DNA of 64,000 nt from the NCBI GenBank assembly GCA_030390025.1, contig CM059445.1, positions 20,522,001 through 20,586,000 of the forward strand, read 5' to 3'. The position numbers and the translations under genes were made by a program. The number at the start of each line of letters is the position of its first letter. Position 1 is the first letter of the stretch. The notes under the pieces are model-generated. The model was not told the DNA's origin. It was given only the letters and a program-made list of their open reading frames with translations, and made no database searches. This stretch comes from Squalus acanthias. Taxonomy: Eukaryota. Positions 27,701-41,956 of this stretch are shown here, piece by piece.

Positions 27701-30700
27701 AATATCCAGAGTCACTAACACTCCCTTATGATCAGGAATATCCAGAGTCACTAACACTCCCTTATGATCAGGAATATCCAGAGTCACTAACACTCCCTTA
27801 TGATCAGGGAATATCCAGAGTCACTAACACTCCCTTATGATCAGGAATATCCAGAGTCACTAACACTCCCTTATGATCAGGAATATCCAGAGTCACTAAC
27901 ACTCCCTTATGATCAGGAATATCCAGAGTCACTAACACTCCCTTATGATCAGGAATATCCAGAGTCACTAACACTCCCTTATGATCAGGAATATCCAGAG
28001 TCACTAACACTCCCTTATGATCAGGAATATCCAGAGTCACTAACACTCCCTTATGATCAGGAATATCCAGAGTCACTAACACTCCCTTATGATCAGGAAT
28101 ATCCAGAGTCACTAACACTCCCTTATGATCAGGAATATCCAGAGTCACTAACACTCCCTTATGATCAGGAATATCCAGAGTCACTAACACTCCCTTATGA
28201 TCAGGAATATCCAGAGTCACTAACACTCCCTTATGATCAGGAATATCCAGAGTCACTAACACTCCCTTATGATCAGGAATATCCAGAGTCACTAACACTC
28301 CCTTATGATCAGGAATATCCAGAGTCACTAACACTCCCTTATGATCAGGAATATCCAGAGTCACTAACACTCCCTTATGATCAGGAATATCCAGAGTCAC
28401 TAACACTCCCTTATGATCAGGAATATCCAGAGTCACTAACACTCCCTTATGATCAGGAATATCCAGAGTCACTAACACTCCCTTATGATCAGGAATATCC
28501 AGAGTCACTAACACTCCCTTATGATCAGGAATATCCAGAGTCACTAACACTCCCTTATGATCAGGAATATCCAGAGTCACTAACACTCCCTTATGATCAG
28601 GAATATCCAGAGTCACTAACACTCCCTTATGATCAGGAATATCCAGAGTCACTAACACTCCCTTATGATCAGGAATATCCAGAGTCACTAACACTCCCTT
28701 ATGATCAGGAATATCCAGAGTCACTAACACTCCCTTATGATCAGGAATATCCAGAGTCACTAACACTCCCTTATGATCAGGAATATCCAGAGTCACTAAC
28801 ACTCCCTTATGATCAGGAATATCCAGAGTCACTAACACTCCCTTATGATCAGGAATATCCAGAGTCACTAACACTCCCTTATGATCAGGAATATCCAGAG
28901 TCACTAACACTCCCTTATGATCAGGAATATCCAGAGTCACTAACACTCCCTTATGATCAGGAATATCCAGAGTCACTAACACTCCCTTATGATCAGGAAT
29001 ATCCAGAGTCACTAACACTCCCTTATGATCAGGAATATCCAGAGTCACTAACACTCCCTTATGATCAGGAATATCCAGAGTCACTAACACTCCCTTATGA
29101 TCAGGAATATCCAGAGTCACTAACACTCCCTTATGATCAGGAATATCCAGAGTCACTAACACTCCCTTATGATCAGGAATATCCAGAGTCACTAACACTC
29201 CCTTATGATCAGGAATATCCAGAGTCACTAACACTCCCTTATGATCAGGAATATCCAGAGTCACTAACACTCCCTTATGATCAGGAATATCCAGAGTCAC
29301 TAACACTCCCTTATGATCAGGAATATCCAGAGTCACTAACACTCCCTTATGATCAGGAATATCCAGAGTCACTAACACTCCCTTATGATCAGGAATATCC
29401 AGAGTCACTAACACTCCCTTATGATCAGGAATATCCAGAGTCACTAACACTCCCTTATGATCAGGGAATATCCAGAGTCACTAACACTCCCTTATGATCA
29501 GGAATATCCAGAGTCACTAACACTCCCTTATGATCAGGAATATCCAGAGTCACTAACACTCCCTTATGATCAGGAATATCCAGAGTCACTAACACTCCCT
29601 TATGATCAGGAATATCCAGAGTCACTAACACTCCCTTATGATCAGGAATATCCAGAGTCACTAACACTCCCTTATGATCAGGAATATCCAGAGTCACTAA
29701 CACTCCCTTATGATCAGGAATATCCAGAGTCACTAACACTCCCTTATGATCAGGAATATCCAGAGTCACTAACACTCCCTTATGATCAGGAATATCCAGA
29801 GTCACTAACACTCCCTTATGATCAGGAATATCCAGAGTCACTAACACTCCCTTATGATCAGGAATATCCAGAGTCACTAACACTCCCTTATGATCAGGAA
29901 TATCCAGAGTCACTAACACTCCCTTATGATCAGGAATATCCAGAGTCACTAACACTCCCTTATGATCAGGAATATCCAGAGTCACTAACACTCCCTTATG
30001 ATCAGGAATATCCAGAGTCACTAACACTCCCTTATGATCAGGAATATCCAGAGTCACTAACACTCCCTTATGATCAGGAATATCCAGAGTCACTAACACT
30101 CCCTTATGATCAGGAATATCCAGAGTCACTAACACTCCCTTATGATCAGGAATATCCAGAGTCACTAACACTCCCTTATGATCAGGAATATCCAGAGTCA
30201 CTAACACTCCCTTATGATCAGGAATATCCAGAGTCACTAACACTCCCTTATGATCAGGAATATCCAGAGTCACTAACACTCCCTTATGATCAGGAATATC
30301 CAGAGTCACTAACACTCCCTTATGATCAGGAATATCCAGAGTCACTAACACTCCCTTATGATCAGGAATATCCAGAGTCACTAACACTCCCTTATGATCA
30401 GGAATATCCAGAGTCACTAACACTCCCTTATGATCAGGAATATCCAGAGTCACTAACACTCCCTTATGATCAGGAATATCCAGAGTCACTAACACTCCCT
30501 TATGATCAGGAATATCCAGAGTCACTAACACTCCCTTATGATCAGGAATATCCAGAGTCACTAACACTCCCTTATGATCAGGAATATCCAGAGTCACTAA
30601 CACTCCCTTATGATCAGGAATATCCAGAGTCACTAACACTCCCTTATGATCAGGAATATCCAGAGTCACTAACACTCCCTTATGATCAGGAATATCCAGA

Positions 30701-33700
30701 GTCACTAACACTCCCTTATGATCAGGAATATCCAGAGTCACTAACACTCCCTTATGATCAGGAATATCCAGAGTCACTAACACTCCCTTATGATCAGGAA
30801 TATCCAGAGTCACTAACACTCCCTTATGATCAGGAATATCCAGAGTCACTAACACTCCCTTATGATCAGGAATATCCAGAGTCACTAACACTCCCTTATG
30901 ATCAGGAATATCCAGAGTCACTAACACTCCCTTATGATCAGGAATATCCAGAGTCACTAACACTCCCTTATGATCAGGAATATCCAGAGTCACTAACACT
31001 CCCTTATGATCAGGAATATCCAGAGTCACTAACACTCCCTTATGATCAGGAATATCCAGAGTCACTAACACTCCCTTATGATCAGGAATATCCAGAGTCA
31101 CTAACACTCCCTTATGATCAGGAATATCCAGAGTCACTAACACTCCCTTATGATCAGGAATATCCAGAGTCACTAACACTCCCTTATGATCAGGAATATC
31201 CAGAGTCACTAACACTCCCTTATGATCAGGAATATCCAGAGTCACTAACACTCCCTTATGATCAGGAATATCCAGAGTCACTAACACTCCCTTATGATCA
31301 GGGAATATCCAGAGTCACTAACACTCCCTTATGATCAGGGAATATCCAGAGTCACTAACACTCCCTTATGATCAGGAATATCCAGAGTCACTAACACTCC
31401 CTTATGATCAGGAATATCCAGAGTCACTAACACTCCCTTATGATCAGGAATATCCAGAGTCACTAACACTCCCTTATGATCAGGAATATCCAGAGTCACT
31501 AACACTCCCTTATGATCAGGAATATCCAGAGTCACTAACACTCCCTTATGATCAGGAATATCCAGAGTCACTAACACTCCCTTATGATCAGGAATATCCA
31601 GAGTCACTAACACTCCCTTATGATCAGGAATATCCAGAGTCACTAACACTCCCTTATGATCAGGAATATCCAGAGTCACTAACACTCCCTTATGATCAGG
31701 AATATCCAGAGTCACTAACACTCCCTTATGATCAGGAATATCCAGAGTCACTAACACTCCCTTATGATCAGGAATATCCAGAGTCACTAACACTCCCTTA
31801 TGATCAGGAATATCCAGAGTCACTAACACTCCCTTATGATCAGGAATATCCAGAGTCACTAACACTCCCTTATGATCAGGAATATCCAGAGTCACTAACA
31901 CTCCCTTATGATCAGGAATATCCAGAGTCACTAACACTCCCTTATGATCAGGAATATCCAGAGTCACTAACACTCCCTTATGATCAGGAATATCCAGAGT
32001 CACTAACACTCCCTTATGATCAGGAATATCCAGAGTCACTAACACTCCCTTATGATCAGGAATATCCAGAGTCACTAACACTCCCTTATGATCAGGAATA
32101 TCCAGAGTCACTAACACTCCCTTATGATCAGGAATATCCAGAGTCACTAACACTCCCTTATGATCAGGAATATCCAGAGTCACTAACACTCCCTTATGAT
32201 CAGGAATATCCAGAGTCACTAACACTCCCTTATGATCAGGAATATCCAGAGTCACTAACACTCCCTTATGATCAGGAATATCCAGAGTCACTAACACTCC
32301 CTTATGATCAGGAATATCCAGAGTCACTAACACTCCCTTATGATCAGGAATATCCAGAGTCACTAACACTCCCTTATGATCAGGAATATCCAGAGTCACT
32401 AACACTCCCTTATGATCAGGAATATCCAGAGTCACTAACACTCCCTTATGATCAGGAATATCCAGAGTCACTAACACTCCCTTATGATCAGGAATATCCA
32501 GAGTCACTAACACTCCCTTATGATCAGGAATATCCAGAGTCACTAACACTCCCTTATGATCAGGAATATCCAGAGTCACTAACACTCCCTTATGATCAGG
32601 AATATCCAGAGTCACTAACACTCCCTTATGATCAGGAATATCCAGAGTCACTAACACTCCCTTATGATCAGGAATATCCAGAGTCACTAACACTCCCTTA
32701 TGATCAGGAATATCCAGAGTCACTAACACTCCCTTATGATCAGGAATATCCAGAGTCACTAACACTCCCTTATGATCAGGAATATCCAGAGTCACTAACA
32801 CTCCCTTATGATCAGGAATATCCAGAGTCACTAACACTCCCTTATGATCAGGAATATCCAGAGTCACTAACACTCCCTTATGATCAGGAATATCCAGAGT
32901 CACTAACACTCCCTTATGATCAGGAATATCCAGAGTCACTAACACTCCCTTATGATCAGGAATATCCAGAGTCACTAACACTCCCTTATGATCAGGAATA
33001 TCCAGAGTCACTAACACTCCCTTATGATCAGGAATATCCAGAGTCACTAACACTCCCTTATGATCAGGAATATCCAGAGTCACTAACACTCCCTTATGAT
33101 CAGGGAATATCCAGAGTCACTAACACTCCCTTATGATCAGGAATATCCAGAGTCACTAACACTCCCTTATGATCAGGAATATCCAGAGTCACTAACACTC
33201 CCTTATGATCAGGAATATCCAGAGTCACTAACACTCCCTTATGATCAGGAATATCCAGAGTCACTAACACTCCCTTATGATCAGGAATATCCAGAGTCAC
33301 TAACACTCCCTTATGATCAGGAATATCCAGAGTCACTAACACTCCCTTATGATCAGGAATATCCAGAGTCACTAACACTCCCTTATGATCAGGAATATCC
33401 AGAGTCACTAACACTCCCTTATGATCAGGAATATCCAGAGTCACTAACACTCCCTTATGATCAGGAATATCCAGAGTCACTAACACTCCCTTATGATCAG
33501 GAATATCCAGAGTCACTAACACTCCCTTATGATCAGGAATATCCAGAGTCACTAACACTCCCTTATGATCAGGAATATCCAGAGTCACTAACACTCCCTT
33601 ATGATCAGGAATATCCAGAGTCACTAACACTCCCTTATGATCAGGAATATCCAGAGTCACTAACACTCCCTTATGATCAGGAATATCCAGAGTCACTAAC

Positions 33701-36700
33701 ACTCCCTTATGATCAGGAATATCCAGAGTCACTAACACTCCCTTATGATCAGGAATATCCAGAGTCACTAACACTCCCTTATGATCAGGAATATCCAGAG
33801 TCACTAACACTCCCTTATGATCAGGAATATCCAGAGTCACTAACACTCCCTTATGATCAGGAATATCCAGAGTCACTAACACTCCCTTATGATCAGGAAT
33901 ATCCAGAGTCACTAACACTCCCTTATGATCAGGAATATCCAGAGTCACTAACACTCCCTTATGATCAGGAATATCCAGAGTCACTAACACTCCCTTATGA
34001 TCAGGAATATCCAGAGTCACTAACACTCCCTTATGATCAGGAATATCCAGAGTCACTAACACTCCCTTATGATCAGGAATATCCAGAGTCACTAACACTC
34101 CCTTATGATCAGGAATATCCAGAGTCACTAACACTCCCTTATGATCAGGAATATCCAGAGTCACTAACACTCCCTTATGATCAGGAATATCCAGAGTCAC
34201 TAACACTCCCTTATGATCAGGAATATCCAGAGTCACTAACACTCCCTTATGATCAGGAATATCCAGAGTCACTAACACTCCCTTATGATCAGGAATATCC
34301 AGAGTCACTAACACTCCCTTATGATCAGGAATATCCAGAGTCACTAACACTCCCTTATGATCAGGAATATCCAGAGTCACTAACACTCCCTTATGATCAG
34401 GAATATCCAGAGTCACTAACACTCCCTTATGATCAGGAATATCCAGAGTCACTAACACTCCCTTATGATCAGGAATATCCAGAGTCACTAACACTCCCTT
34501 ATGATCAGGAATATCCAGAGTCACTAACACTCCCTTATGATCAGGAATATCCAGAGTCACTAACACTCCCTTATGATCAGGAATATCCAGAGTCACTAAC
34601 ACTCCCTTATGATCAGGAATATCCAGAGTCACTAACACTCCCTTATGATCAGGAATATCCAGAGTCACTAACACTCCCTTATGATCAGGAATATCCAGAG
34701 TCACTAACACTCCCTTATGATCAGGAATATCCAGAGTCACTAACACTCCCTTATGATCAGGAATATCCAGAGTCACTAACACTCCCTTATGATCAGGAAT
34801 ATCCAGAGTCACTAACACTCCCTTATGATCAGGAATATCCAGAGTCACTAACACTCCCTTATGATCAGGAATATCCAGAGTCACTAACACTCCCTTATGA
34901 TCAGGAATATCCAGAGTCACTAACACTCCCTTATGATCAGGAATATCCAGAGTCACTAACACTCCCTTATGATCAGGAATATCCAGAGTCACTAACACTC
35001 CCTTATGATCAGGAATATCCAGAGTCACTAACACTCCCTTATGATCAGGAATATCCAGAGTCACTAACACTCCCTTATGATCAGGAATATCCAGAGTCAC
35101 TAACACTCCCTTATGATCAGGAATATCCAGAGTCACTAGCACTCCCCTTATGATCAGGGAATATCCAGAGTCACTAACACTCCCTTATGATCAGGGAATA
35201 TCCAGAGTCACTAACACTCCCTTATGATCAGGAATATCCAGAGTCACTAACACTCCCTTATGATCAGGAATATCCAGAGTCACTAACACTCCCTTATGAT
35301 CGGGGAATATCCAGAGTCACTAACACTCCCTTATGATCAGGGAATATCCAGAGTCACTAACACTCCCTTATGATCAGGGATATCCAGAGTGACTAACACT
35401 CCCTTATCATCAGGGAATATCCAGAGTCACTAACACTCCCTTATGATCAGGGATATCCAGAGTGACTAACACACCCTTATGATCGGGGAATATCCAGAGT
35501 CACTAACACTCCCTTATGATCAGGGAATATCCAGAGTCACAAACACTCCCTTATGATCAGGAATATCCAGAGTCACTAACACTCCCTTATGATCAGGAAT
35601 ATCCAGAGTCACTAACACTCCCTTATGATCAGGAATATCCAGAGTCACTAACACTCCCTTATGATCAGGGAATATCCAGAGTCACTAACACTCCCTTATG
35701 ATCAGGAATATCCAGAGTCACTAACACTCCCTTATGATCAGGGAATATCCAGAGTCACTAACACTCCCTTATGATCAGGAATATCCAGAGTCACTAACAC
35801 TCCCTTATGATCAGGAATATCCAGAGTCACTAACACTCCCTTATGATCAGGAATATCCAGAGTCACTAACACTCCCTTATGATCAGGAATATCCAGAGTC
35901 ACTAACACTCCCTTATGATCAGGAATATCCAGAGTCACTAACACTCCCTTATGATCAGGAATATCCAGAGTCACTCACACTCCCTTATGATCAGGAATAT
36001 CCAGAGTCACTAACACTCCCTTATGATCAGGGAATATCCAGAGTCACTAACACTCCCTTATGATCAGGAATATCCAGAGTGACTAACACTCCCTTATGAT
36101 CGGGGAATATCCGGAGTCACTAACACTCCCTTATGATCGGGGAATATCCGGAGTCACTAACACTCCCTTATGATCAGGGAATATCCAGAGTCACTAACAC
36201 TCCCTTATGATCGGGGAATATCCAGAGTCACTAACACTCCCTTATGATCAGGAATATCCAGAGTCTCTAACACTCCCTAATGATCGGGGAATATCCAGAG
36301 TCTCTAACACTCCCTTATGATCAGGGAATATCCAGAGTCACTAACACTCCCTTATGATCAGTGAATATCCAGAGTCACCAACACTCCTTTTGATCAGGAA
36401 TATCCAGTCACTAACACTCCCTTATGATCAGGAATATCCAGAGTCACTAACACTCCCTTATGATCAGGAATATCCAGAGTCACTAACACTCCCTTATGAT
36501 CAGGAATATCCAGAGTCACTAACACTCCCTTATGATCAGGAATATCCAGAGTCACTAACACTCCCTTATGATCAGGAGTATCCGGAGTCACTAACAGTCC
36601 CTTATGATCAGGGAATATCCACAGTCACTAACACTCCCTTATGATCAGGAATATCCAGAGTCACTAACACTCCCTTATGATCAGGAATATCCAGAGTCAC

Positions 36701-39700
36701 TAACACTCCCTTATGATCAGGAATATCCAGAGTCACTAACACTCCCTTATGATCAGGGAATATCCAGAGTCACTAACACTCCCTTCTGATCAGGAATATC
36801 CAGAGTCACTAACACTCCCTTATGATCAGTGAATATCCAGAGTCACGAACACTCCCTTATGATCAGGAATATCCAGAGTCACTAACACTCCCTTATGATC
36901 AGGAATATCCAGAGTCACTAACACTCCCTTATGATCAGGAATATCCAGAGTCACTAACACTCCCTTATGATCAGGAATATCCAGAGTCACTAACACTCCC
37001 TTATGATCAGGAATATCCAGAGTCACTAACACTCCCTTCTGATCAGGAATATCCAGAGTCACTAACACTCCCTTATGATCAGGAATATCCGGAGTCACTA
37101 ACACTCCCTTATGATCAGGAATATCCAGAGTCACTAACACTCCCTTATGATCAGGAATATCCAGAGTCACTAACACTCCCTTATGATCAGGGAATATCCA
37201 GAGTCACTAACACTCCCTTATGATCAGGAATATCCAGAGTCACTAACACTCCCTTCTGATCAGGAATATCCAGAGTCACTAACACTCCCTTATGATCGGG
37301 GAATATCCAGAGTCACTACCAGTCCCTTATGATCAGGGAATATCCAGAGTCACTAACACTCCTTATGATCAGGAATATCCAGAGTCACTAACACTCCCTT
37401 ATGATCAGGAATATCCAGAGTCACTAACACTCCCTTATGATCAGGAATATCCAGAGTCACTAACACTCCCTTATGATCAGGGAATATCCAGAGTCACTAA
37501 CACTCCCTTATGATCAGGAATATCCAGAGTCACTAACACTCCCTTATGATCAGGAATATCCAGAGTCACTAACACTCCCTTATGATCAGGGAATATCCAG
37601 AGTCACTAACACTCCCTTATGATCAGGAATATCCAGAGTCACTAACACTCCCTTATGATCAGGGAATATCCAGAGTCACTAACACTCCCTTATGATCAGG
37701 AATATCCAGAGTCACTAACACTCCCTTATGATCAGGGAATATCCAGAGTCACTAACACTCCCTTATGATCAGGGAATATCCAGAGTCACTAACACTCCCT
37801 TATGATCAGGAATATCCAGAGTCACTCACACTCCCTTATGATCAGGAATATCCAGAGTCACTAACACTCCCTTATGATCAGGAATATCCAGAGTCACTAA
37901 CACTCCCTTATGATCAGGAATATCCAGAGTCACTAACACTCCCTTATGATCAGGAATATCCAGAGTCACTAACACTCCCTTATGATCAGGAATATCCAGA
38001 GTCACTAACACTCCCTTATGATCAGGAATATCCAGAGTCACTAACACTCCCTTATGATCAGGAATATCCAGAGTGACTAACACTCCCTTATGATCGGGAA
38101 TATCCGGAGTCACTAACACTCCCTTATGATCAGGAATATCCAGAGTCACTAACACTCCCTTATGATCAGGAATATCCAGAGTCACTAACACTCCCTTATG
38201 ATCGGGGAATATCCGGAGTCACTAACTCTCCCTTATGATCAGGGAATATCCAGAGTCACTAACACTCCCTTATGATCGGGAATATCCAGAGTCACTAACA
38301 CTCCCTTATGATCAGGAATATCCAGAGTCACTAACACTCCCTTATGATCGGGAATATCCAGAGTCACTAACACTCCCTTATGATCAGGAATATCCAGAGT
38401 CACTAACACTCCCTTATGATCAGGAATATCCAGAGTCACTAACACTCCCTTATGATCAGGGAATATCCAGAGTCACTAACACTCCCTTATGATCAGGAAT
38501 ATCCAGAGTCACTAACACTCCCTTATGATCAGGAATATCCAGAGTCACTAACACTCCCTTATGATCAGGGAATATCCAGAGTCACTAACACTCCCTTATG
38601 ATCAGGAATATCCAGAGTCACTAACACTCCCTTTTGATCAGGAATATCCAGAGACACTAACACTCCCTTATGATCAGGGAATATCCAGAGTCACTAACAC
38701 TCTCTTATGATCAGGAATATCCAGAGTCACTAACACTCCCTTATGATCAGGAATATCCAGAGTCACTAACACTCCCTTATGATCAGGAATATCCAGAGTC
38801 ACTAACACTCCCTTATGATCAGGGAATATCGAGAGTCACTAACACTCCCTTATGATCAGGAATATCCAGGGTCACTAACACTCCCTTATGGTCAGGAATA
38901 TCCAGAGTCACTAACACTCCCTTATGATCAGGAATATCCAGAGTCACTAACACTCCCTTATGATCAGGAATATCCAGAGTCACTAACACTCCTTATGATC
39001 AGGAATATCCAGGGTCACTAACACTCCCTTATGATCAGGGAACATCCAGAGTCACTAACACTCCCTTATGATCAGGAATATCCAGAGTCACTAACACTCC
39101 CTTATGATCAGGAATATCCAGAGTCACTAACACTCCCTTATGATCAGGAATATCCAGAGTCACTAACACTCCCTTATGATCAGGAACATCCAGAGTCACT
39201 AACACTCCCTTATGATCAGGAATATCCAGAGTCACGAACATTCCCTTATGATCAGGAATATCCAGAGTCACTAACACTCCCTTATGATCAGGAATATCCA
39301 GAGTCACTAACACTCCCTTATGATCAGGAATATCCAGAGTCACTAACAGTCCCTTATGATCAGGAATATCCAGAGTCACTAACACTCCCTTATGATCAGG
39401 AATATCCAGAGTCACTAACACTCCCTTATGATCAGGAATATCCAGAGTCACTAACACTCCCTTATGATCAGGAATATCCAGAGTCACTAACACTCCCTTA
39501 TGATCAGGGAACATCCAGAGTCACTAACACTCCCTTATGATCAGGGAATATCCAGAGTCAGTAACATTCCCTTATGATCAGGAATATCCAGAGTCACTAA
39601 CACTCCCTTATGATCAGGGAATATCCAGAGTCACTAACACTCCCTTATGATCAGGAATATCCAGAGTCACTAACACTCCCTTATGATCAGGGAATATCCA

Positions 39701-41662
39701 GAGTCACTAACACTCCCTTATGATCAGGAATATCCAGAGTCACTAACACTCCCTTATGATCAGGGAATATCCAGAGTCACTAACACTCCCTTATGATCAG
39801 GAATATCCAGAGTCACTAACACTCCCTTATGATCAGGAATATCCAGAGTCACTAACACTCCCTTATGATCAGGGAATATCCAGAGTCACTAACACTCCCT
39901 TATGATCAGGGAATATCCAGAGTCACTAACACTCCCTTATGATCAGGAATATCCAGAGTCACTAAAACTCCCTTATGATCGGGGAATATCCAGAGTCACT
40001 AACACTCCCTTATGATCAGGAATATCCAGAGTCACTAAAACTCCCTTATGATCAGGAATATCCAGAGTCACTAAAACTCCCTTATGATCGGGAATATCCA
40101 GAGTCACTAACACTCCCTTATGATCAGGAATATCCAGAGTCACTAACACTCCCTTATGATCGGGGAATATCCAGAGTCACTAACACTCCCTTATTATCAG
40201 GAATATCCAGAGTCACTAACACTCCCTTATGATCAGGAATATCCAGAGTCACTAACACTCCCTTATGATCAGGGAATATCCAGAGTCACTAACACTCCCT
40301 TATGATCAGGAATATCCAGAGTCACTAACACTCCCTTATGATCAGGGAATATCCAGAGTCACTAACACACCTTATGATCAGGGAATATCCAGAGTCAGTA
40401 ACATTCCCTTATGATCAGGAATATCCAGAGTCACTAACACTCCCTTATGATCAGGGAATATCCAGAGTCACTAACACTCCCTTATGATCAGGAATATCCA
40501 GAGTCACTAACACTCCCTTATGATCAGGGAATATCCAGAGTCACTAACACTCCCTTATGATCAGGAATATCCAGAGTCACTAACACTCCCTTATGATCAG
40601 GGAATATCCAGAGTCACTAACACTCCCTTATGATCAGGAATATCCAGAGTCACTAACACTCCCTTATGATCAGGAATATCCAGAGTCACTAACACTCCCT
40701 TATGATCAGGGAATATCCAGAGTCACTAACACTCCCTTATGATCGGGGAATATCCAGAGTCACTAACACTCCCTTATGATCAGGAATATCCAGAGTCACT
40801 AAAACTCCCTTATGATCGGGGAATATCCAGAGTCACTAACACTCCCTTATGATCAGGAATATCCAGAGTCACTAAAACTCCCTTATGATCAGGAATATCC
40901 AGAGTCACTAAAACTCCCTTATGATCGGGGAATATCCAGAGTCACTAACACTCCCTTATGATCAGGAATATCCAGAGTCACTAACACTCCCTTATGATCG
41001 GGGAATATCCAGAGTCACTAACACTCCCTTATTATCAGGAATATCCAGAGTCACTAACACTCCCTTATGATCAGGAATATCCAGAGTCACTAACACTCCC
41101 TTATGATCGGGGAATATCCAGAGTCACTAACACTCCCTTATTATCAGGAATATCCAGAGTCACTAACACTCCCTTATGATCAGGAATATCCAGAGTCACT
41201 AACACACCTTTATGATCAGGGAATATCCAGAGTCACTAACACTCCCTTATGATCAGGAATATCCAGAGTCACTAACACTCCCTTATGATCGGGGAATATC
41301 CAGAGTCACTAACACTCCCTTATGATCAGGAATATCCAGAGTCACTAACACTCCCTTATGATCAGGGAATATCCAGAGTCACTAACACTACCTTTTGATC
41401 GGGGAATATCCAGAGTCACTAACACTCCCTTATGATCAGGAATATCCAGAGTCGCTAACACTCCCTTTTGATCAGGAATATCCAGAGTCACTAACACTGA
41501 CTTATGATCGGGGAATACTTATGCCATAAATTCATAATTTGTCACTCAACTGGAGGGATTTTATTATTTAAGTGATGTAAATCTGACACGCTGCAATTTT
41601 GATAATCATGAACTATCAGAGTCCGACCTGATCGTAATGCCCCCAAGATGCAGAATCCTTAC

Positions 41663-41956
41663 CGTACACCGCAATGGAAACACTATAAATCTTTGGTGGA
41701 ACTGATGGATATTCCTCAAAGTCTGCTGTGCAGACGAATTCCATCAATCCAGTCTCTTGTGGTGCCCATGCTGTTGTTGCCGAGACAGTATTGGAATTTT
41801 GTCCCGTTCTTACTGAATCCAGTTCTTCACCATCCTGAGACCATCTTACTCTCATCTTCTCAGCAGGATAGACGTTTGGGACCTCACATGTTAACGTGAC
41901 CTCTTGCTTCACTTCTGTGGGGCCTTGGTCAAGGATTCTCGGAGTATCTGGAAAAG
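41663..41956 (-). CDS. ICAM/VCAM-like adhesion protein, exon 4 (Ig domain 3); the gene presumably continues beyond the left edge of the window
   Basis: Acceptor ttcttgtgtgcgttgcAG, donor G|GTAAGG, 294 nt, phase 1-1. Encodes (S)FPDTPRIL..VTLTCEVPNVYPAEKMRVRW..EFVCTADF..SIAVY, with the Ig C-W-C pattern and an ICAM-type YSFP junction. Confidence 0.9.

Larger units (their letters stand above)
1..41517. repeat. Satellite array of a 36-bp monomer (37-bp variant with an extra G), ~1,060 monomers, open at the left window edge, lying in the intron downstream of exon 4 of the ICAM-like gene
   Basis: Head-to-tail GGAATATCCAGAGTCACTAACACTCCCTTATGATCA from base 1 to ~41517, interrupted only by two CR1 copies; near-invariant core ~12890-35140; substitution and indel variants concentrated in both flanks. 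Confidence 0.98.

Noticed and set aside
12862-35153. Giant repetitive protein or mucin-like VNTR exon of the adhesion gene
   Set aside because: Open frames follow from the 36-bp period. 37-bp units shift frame repeatedly, the gene-sense peptide is not Ser/Thr/Pro-rich, and there is no unique flanking coding sequence or convincing acceptor.
1-41517. CRISPR array (36-37-bp repeats)
   Set aside because: No spacers (monomers are directly head-to-tail), no cas genes, and the context is a vertebrate intron.
41705-41715. 11-bp inverted match (AGGAATATCCA) between exon 4 and the satellite monomer, suggesting an exon-derived origin
   Set aside because: Too short and not extendable; cannot be distinguished from chance.
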